A stretch of DNA of 64,000 nt from the human T2T-CHM13v2.0 reference genome, Homo sapiens. Made by a program: the position numbers and the translations under genes. Each line of letters begins with the position of its first letter. Positions within the stretch are counted from its first letter, which is position 1. Below, piece after piece: positions 56,601 through 64,000 of the stretch. Location of the stretch: assembly GCF_009914755.1 (NCBI RefSeq), contig NC_060948.1; one strand, written 5' to 3'. The notes under the pieces are model-generated. The model made no database searches. It saw only the letters and a program-made list of their open reading frames with translations, and had not been told where the DNA came from.

Positions 56601-59600
56601 GATTCGACTGGAATGGAATGTTCTGGAAGTGAATGGACTCCAATGGAATGGATTCGAAAGGAATGGAATCTAATGGAATGGAATTAAATGGAAACGAATC
56701 AAATTGAATAGCACGGAATTGAATTGAATGGAATCGAATGCAATGGAATCTAATGAAATGGAAAGGAAAGGAATGGAATGGAATGGAATGGGCTGGAGTT
56801 GAATGGAATCGATACGAATGGAATGGAATAGAACTGAAGAGACTGGAATGGAATTCACTGGAATGGAAGGGAGTGTAATGGAAGGATCTCGAAAAAAATG
56901 GAATCGAATGGAATGGAATTGAATGGAACGGAATAGAGTCGAATGGAATTCAATGGAATTGAATGGACTAGAGTGAAATGGAATCGAACCACAAGGAATG
57001 GAGAGGAATAGAATGGTCTCGAATTGAATGGAATCGTATGGAATGACATCAAACGGAATGGAATGGACAGCCACGGAATGGAATGCACTCGAATGTAATG
57101 GAGTCGAAACTAATGGACTGGAATAGAATGGACTCGACTGGTACGGACTCCAATGGAATGGAATCGAAAGGAAGGGAATCGAACGGAATGGACTCGAAGG
57201 GAAAAGACTGCAATGGAAAGGTCTCGAATGGAATGGAAATTAATGGAATGGAATGGAATCGAATGAAATGGAGTCAAAAGGAATGGAATCGAATGGCAAG
57301 AAATCGAATGTAATGGAATCGCAAGGAATTGATGTGAACGGAACGGAATGGAATGGAATCCAAAGGAATGGAATAGAATGGAATGGAATCGAATGGAAAG
57401 GACTCGAATGGAAATCACTCGAATAGAATGCAATTTAATAAAATAGGATCAAATGTAATGGAATGGAATGGAAAGGAATCGAAACGAAAGGAATGGAGAC
57501 AGATGGAATGGAATGGAACAGAGAGCAATGGTATAGAATGGAATGGAATCATCTGGAATGGAATTGAATGGAATGGAATAACATGAAATGGAATGGAATG
57601 GAATGGAATGCCCTTGAATTAAATGGACTGGAATGGAATGGACTCGAACAGAGTGGAATGGAAAGTGTTGAAATAGAATGGAATGGACTCCTTTGGAATG
57701 GTCTAGTATGCAATGCAATCGACTGGCAGGGAATCAAAAGGAATGTAATCGAATGGATTGGACTGGAATGCAATGGACTCGAATAGATTGGAAACGGAAT
57801 GCAAAGGAATGGAATGGAATAGTATGGAATGGAATGGAAAGGAATGGAGTGGAATAGACTAGAGTGGAATGGAATGGACTGGAAAGCAATGGACTGGAAT
57901 GGAACTTTCTTGAATGGACTGGAATCAAACGGAATGGAATGCAATGCAATCAAATGGCATGGAATAAAATGGAATGAAAGGGAATCAAATGGAATTGAAT
58001 CGAATGGAATCGAATGGATTGGAAAGGAATAGAATGGAATGGAATGGAATTGACTCAAATGGAATGGACTAGAATGGAATGGATTCGAATGGAAGGCAAA
58101 GGAATGGAATCTATTGGAATGGACTGTAATGGAATGGAATGGAAGGGATTGGAATGGACTCGAATGGAATGGACTGCAATAGAAAGGATTCGAATGGAAT
58201 GAAAAAGAATTGAATGGAATAGAACAGAATGGAATCAAATCGAATGAAATGGAATGGAATAGAAAGGAATGGAATGAAATGGAATGGAAAGGATTCGAAT
58301 GGAATGCAATCGAATGGAATGGAATCGAACGGAATGGAATAAAATGGAAGAAAACTGGCAAGAAATGGAATCGAAATGAATGGAGTGTTATGGAACGGAC
58401 TCAAAAGGAATTGAATGTAATAGAATGGAGTGGAGTGGACTCGAATATAATGGACTGGAATGGAATGAAATCACATGGAATGGGAACGAATGGAATGGAA
58501 TGGAAAGGAATGGAATCGAATGGAAAGGAATCGAATGGAAGGGAATGAAATTGAATCAACAGGAATGGAAGGGAATAGAATAGACGGTAATGGAATGGAC
58601 TCGAATAGAATGGACACGAATGCTCAAATTGAATGGACTCGAATGGAATGGAAACGAAAGGAATGTCATCGAATGGAATTGAATCGATTGGAATGAAATC
58701 GCATAGAATGGAGTGGAATCAAATGGAATTGAATCGAAAGGAAAGGAAGCCAATGGACTGAAATGAAATGGAATGGAATGGAATGGAAAGTAATGCAATG
58801 GAATAGAATGGAACGAAATTTCACGGAATGGAATGAAACTGAATGGAATCAAATCAATGGAATCTAATCAAGTGGAATGGAAAGGAATTGAATGGAGTAG
58901 ATTGGATTGGATGGGATTGGAATGAAATGTACTGGAAAGGACTCGAATTTCATGAAACGGAATGGAATGAATTGGAACGGAATGGACTCGAATGGAATGG
59001 AATGTCATGGAATGGCATCAAATGGAATGGCATCAAATGGAATGGAATCGAATGCAATGGAATGCTATGGAATGGAATGGAATGCATTGGAATGGAATGT
59101 CCTCTAATGGAATGGATTCGAGTGGAATGGAATCGAATATAATGGAGTCGAATGAAATGGAATTGAAAGGAATGGGATCGAATACAATGGAATATACTGG
59201 AATGTAATGTAATGAACTTGAATGTAATTGACTGGAATGGAATGTACATGAATGGAATGTAATCGAATGGAAAGTAATCCAATGGAATAGAATCTAATGC
59301 AATAAAATCGACTCAGATAGAGTAGAATGTAATGGAATGGAGTGCAGTGCAATGGAATGGAATGGAATGGAATGCAATGGAATGGAATGGAATGGAATGG
59401 AATGGAATGGAATGGAATGGAATGGTGTGGAATGGATAGTAATGGACTGGAGTGAAATGGACTGGAAATGAATGGACTCAAATTGAAAGGGCTCGAAAGG
59501 AATGGAGTCAAATGGAATGGTCTGGAATGGAATGAACACGAATGTAATGCAATCCAATAGAATGGAATCGAATGGCATGGAATATAAAGAAATGGAATCG

Positions 59601-62600
59601 AAGAGAATGGAAACAAATGGAATGGAATTGAATGGAATGGAATTGAATGGAATGGGAACGAATGGAGTGAAATTGTTTGCAGTAGAAGAGAATAGAATGG
59701 AATGCAAGCGAAAGGAAAGGAATGGATTGGAATGGAATGGAATTCATTGGAATGGAAGGGAATGTAGTGTAATGGACAGGCCTGGAATAAAGTGAAATGC
59801 TACGGTCTCGAATGGAATAAAAATGTATGGAATGGAATGCAATGAAACGGAATCGAATGTCATAGAATGTAATGGAATGCAAAAAAATGGAATCCAAAAT
59901 CATTGACTGGAAAGGCTGGATGTTGAAAGGAATTGACTCCAATGGAATGGAATCGAATGGAATGGAAGTGAATAGAATCGAACTAAATCGAATGGAATGG
60001 AATTGATAGGAACGGAATGGAAAGGAATGCAATGATTTGGCATGGAATGGAAACGAATGGTATCTAATGGAATGGAATGGAATGTAATGGAATGGAATGT
60101 ATTAGAATGTAATGAACTTTAATGGAATGTACTCGAATGGATTCGACTGGAATGGAATGTTCTGGAAGTGAATGGACTCCAATGGAATGGATTCAAACGG
60201 AATGGAATCGTACGGAATGGAATCTAATGGAATGGAATTAAATGGAAATGAATCAAATTGAATAGAACGGAATTGAATTGAATGGAATGGAATGCAATGG
60301 AATCTAATGAAACGGAAAGGAAAGGAATGCAATGGAATGGAATGGGCTGGAATGGAAAGGAATCGAAACGAATGGAATGGAATCGAACTGAAGAGACTGG
60401 AATGGAATGCACTGGAATGGAAGGGAGTGTAATGGAAGGTTCTCGAAAAAAATGGAATCGAATGGAATGGAATTGAATGGAACGGAATAGAGTCGAATGG
60501 AATTGAATGGAATGGAATGGACTAGAGTGAAATGGAATCGAACCACAAGGAATGGACAGGAATAGAATGGTCTCGAATTGAATGGAATCGTATGGAATGG
60601 CATCAAACGGAATGGATTGGACAGCCACGGAATGGAATGCACTCGAATGCAATGGAGTCGAAACTAATGGATGGAATAGAATGGACTTGACTGGTACGGA
60701 CTCCAATGGAATGGAATCGAATGGAAGGGAATCGAACGGAATGGACTCGAAGGGAAAAGACTGCAATGGAAAGGTCTCCAATGGAATGGAAATTAATGGA
60801 ATGGAATGGAATCGAATGAAATGGAGTCAAAAGGAATGGAATCGAATGGCAAGAAATCAAATGTAATGGAATCGCAAGGAATTGATGTGAACGGAACGGA
60901 ATGGAATGGAATCCAAAGGAATGGAATAGAATGGAATGGAATCGAATGGAAAGGACTCGAATGGAAATCACTCGAATAGAATGCAATTTAATAAAATAGG
61001 ATCAAATGTAATGGAATGGAATGGAAAGGAATCGAAACGAAAGGAATGGAGACAGATGGAATGGAATGGAACAGAGAGCAATGGTATAGAATGGAATGGA
61101 ATCATCTGGAATGGAATTGAATGGAATGGAATAACATGAAATGGAATGGAATGGAATGGAATGCCCTTGAATTAAATGGACTGGAATGGAATGGACTCGA
61201 ACAGAGTGGAATGGAAAGTGTTGAAATAGAATGGAATGGACTCCTTTGGAATGGTCTAGTATGCAATGCAATCGACTGGCAGGGAATCAAAAGGAATGTA
61301 ATCGAATGGATTGGACTGGAATGCAATGGACTCGAATAGATTGGAAACGGAATGCAAAGGAATGGAATGGAATAGTATGGAATGGAATGGAAAGGAATGG
61401 AGTGGAATAGACTAGAGTGGAATGGAATGGACTGGAAAGCAATGGACTGGAATGGAACTTTCTTGAATGGACTGGAATCAAACGGAATGGAATGCAATGC
61501 AATCAAATGGCATGGAATAAAATGGAATGAAAGGGAATCAAATGGAATTGAATCGAATGGAATCGAATGGATTGGAAAGGAATAGAATGGAATGGAATGG
61601 AATTGACTCAAATGGAATGGACTAGAATGGAATGGATTCGAATGGAAGGCAAAGGAATGGAATCTATTGGAATGGACTGTAATGGAATGGAATGGAAGGG
61701 ATTGGAATGGACTCGAATGGAATGGACTGCAATAGAAAGGATTCGAATGGAATGAAAAAGAATTGAATGGAATAGAACAGAATGGAATCAAATCGAATGA
61801 AATGGAATGGAATAGAAAGGAATGGAATGAAATGGAATGGAAAGGATTCGAATGGAATGCAATCGAATGGAATGGAATCGAACGGAATGGAATAAAATGG
61901 AAGAAAACTGGCAAGAAATGGAATCGAAATGAATGGAGTGTTATGGAACGGACTCAAAAGGAATTGAATGTAATAGAATGGAGTGGAGTGGACTCGAATA
62001 TAATGGACTGGAATGGAATGAAATCACATGGAATGGGAACGAATGGAATGGAATGGAAAGGAATGGAATCGAATGGAAAGGAATCGAATGGAAGGGAATG
62101 AAATTGAATCAACAGGAATGGAAGGGAATAGAATAGACGGTAATGGAATGGACTCGAATAGAATGGACACGAATGCTCAAATTGAATGGACTCGAATGGA
62201 ATGGAAACGAAAGGAATGTCATCGAATGGAATTGAATCGATTGGAATGAAATCGCATAGAATGGAGTGGAATCAAATGGAATTGAATCGAAAGGAAAGGA
62301 AGCCAATGGACTGAAATGAAATGGAATGGAATGGAATGGAAAGTAATGCAATGGAATAGAATGGAACGAAATTTCACGGAATGGAATGAAACTGAATGGA
62401 ATCAAATCAATGGAATCTAATCAAGTGGAATGGAAAGGAATTGAATGGAGTAGATTGGATTGGATGGGATTGGAATGAAATGTACTGGAAAGGACTCGAA
62501 TTTCATGAAACGGAATGGAATGAATTGGAACGGAATGGACTCGAATGGAATGGAATGTCATGGAATGGCATCAAATGGAATGGCATCAAATGGAATGGAA

Positions 62601-64000
62601 TCGAATGCAATGGAATGCTATGGAATGGAATGGAATGCATTGGAATGGAATGTCCTCTAATGGAATGGATTCGAGTGGAATGGAATCGAATATAATGGAG
62701 TCGAATGAAATGGAATTGAAAGGAATGGGATCGAATACAATGGAATATACTGGAATGTAATGTAATGAACTTGAATGTAATTGACTGGAATGGAATGTAC
62801 ATGAATGGAATGTAATCGAATGGAAAGTAATCCAATGGAATAGAATCTAATGCAATAAAATCGACTCAGATAGAGTAGAATGTAATGGAATGGAGTGCAG
62901 TGCAATGGAATGGAATGGAATGGAATGCAATGGAATGGAATGGAATGGAATGGAATGGAATGGAATGGAATGGAATGGTGTGGAATGGATAGTAATGGAC
63001 TGGAGTGAAATGGACTGGAAATGAATGGACTCAAATTGAAAGGGCTCGAAAGGAATGGAGTCAAATGGAATGGTCTGGAATGGAATGAACACGAATGTAA
63101 TGCAATCCAATAGAATGGAATCGAATGGCATGGAATATAAAGAAATGGAATCGAAGAGAATGGAAACAAATGGAATGGAATTGAATGGAATGGAATTGAA
63201 TGGAATGGGAACGAATGGAGTGAAATTGTTTGCAGTAGAAGAGAATAGAATGGAATGCAAGCGAAAGGAAAGGAATGGATTGGAATGGAATGGAATTCAT
63301 TGGAATGGAAGGGAATGTAGTGTAATGGACAGGCCTGGAATAAAGTGAAATGCTACGGTCTCGAATGGAATAAAAATGTATGGAATGGAATGCAATGAAA
63401 CGGAATCGAATGTCATAGAATGTAATGGAATGCAAAAAAATGGAATCCAAAATCATTGACTGGAAAGGCTGGATGTTGAAAGGAATTGACTCCAATGGAA
63501 TGGAATCGAATGGAATGGAAGTGAATAGAATCGAACTAAATCGAATGGAATGGAATTGATAGGAACGGAATGGAAAGGAATGCAATGATTTGGCATGGAA
63601 TGGAAACGAATGGTATCTAATGGAATGGAATGGAATGTAATGGAATGGAATGTATTAGAATGTAATGAACTTTAATGGAATGTACTCGAATGGATTCGAC
63701 TGGAATGGAATGTTCTGGAAGTGAATGGACTCCAATGGAATGGATTCAAACGGAATGGAATCGTACGGAATGGAATCTAATGGAATGGAATTAAATGGAA
63801 ATGAATCAAATTGAATAGAACGGAATTGAATTGAATGGAATGGAATGCAATGGAATCTAATGAAACGGAAAGGAAAGGAATGCAATGGAATGGAATGGGC
63901 TGGAATGGAAAGGAATCGAAACGAATGGAATGGAATCGAACTGAAGAGACTGGAATGGAATGCACTGGAATGGAAGGGAGTGTAATGGAAGGTTCTCGAA
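32700..64000 (+). repeat. Heterogeneous sub-array of more diverged, mosaic DYZ1 units (3529-3588 bp)
   Basis: Variable HaeIII spacings, many 5/10/15/20-bp indels and substitutions, and variant alleles shared between non-adjacent units. Confidence 0.9.
57300..64000 (+). repeat. Recent tandem duplication of one DYZ1 unit (offset 3553 bp)
   Basis: The private variants ttgtttgcag, aagtgaaatgc and ggatgttgaa occur only near 59675/59790/59918 and 63228/63343/63471. The ORF translations are identical at +3553. Confidence 0.85.

Larger units (their letters stand above)
1..64000 (+). repeat. DYZ1: Human Satellite 3 array, DYZ1 family (Yq12-type ~3.5 kb unit of diverged GGAAT pentamers), about 18 tandem units, same orientation throughout
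   Basis: Seen: continuous (GGAAT)n-derived sequence. The landmark ggacAGGCCT (HaeIII GGCC) occurs at 3127, 6660, 10193, 13726, 17259, 20797, 24330, 27863, 31396, 34934, 38522, 42076, 45630, 49179, 52708, 56240, 59779 and 63332. Spacings are 3533 x4, 3538, 3533 x3, 3538, 3588, 3554, 3554, 3549, 3529, 3532, 3539 and 3553. Established: DYZ1 is the ~3.4-3.6 kb HaeIII/EcoRI TTCCA-pentamer repeat of human Yq12. Confidence 0.93.

Noticed and set aside
103-63965. Hundreds of ORFs up to 275 aa (MEWNG.../FHSIP... repeats)
   Set aside because: They are direct translations of the pentamer, which has no stop codons in pure form. They are low complexity, recur each unit, and are freely frameshifted by 1- and 5-bp indels; there is no coding signal.
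1-64000. CRISPR-like or other prokaryotic repeat system
   Set aside because: There is no repeat-unique-spacer architecture and no cas or other genes; this is contiguous eukaryotic satellite DNA.
1-64000. DYZ2/HSat1B blocks, Alu or L1 insertions, inversions
   Set aside because: No AT-rich DYZ2 or Alu-like sequence was seen, and the strand never switches to (ATTCC)n.
1-64000. HSat2 or non-Y HSat3 identity
   Set aside because: It lacks the regular CATTCGATTC-based HSat2 pattern, and the ~3.55 kb unit with a single HaeIII site fits DYZ1. Alignment to a DYZ1 reference would confirm this.

Overview
The whole 64 kb window is one uninterrupted, single-orientation satellite array built from a diverged GGAAT pentamer (TTCCA/CATTC on the - strand). 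It is organised into about 18 head-to-tail units of 3.53-3.59 kb, each with a single HaeIII/StuI site. This matches human Satellite 3 of the DYZ1 family (Yq12 heterochromatin). I see no protein-coding genes, RNA genes, transposons or DYZ2 blocks; every listed ORF is a translation artefact of the pentamer. The internal structure is informative. (i) A near-clonal block of about 9 units of 3533 bp spans ~250-32,700 and carries private markers. (ii) A more diverged mosaic right half shows duplications at 1-, 4- and 5-unit spacing, chimeric units and probable gene-conversion tracts. (iii) Each unit has up to three perfect heat-shock-element (GAAnnTTCnnGAA) sites, with lineage-specific loss and gain. 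I found no new gene system. The HSE array and the repeat-evolution record are the most notable signals. All coordinates and counts were read by eye and should be confirmed by alignment.
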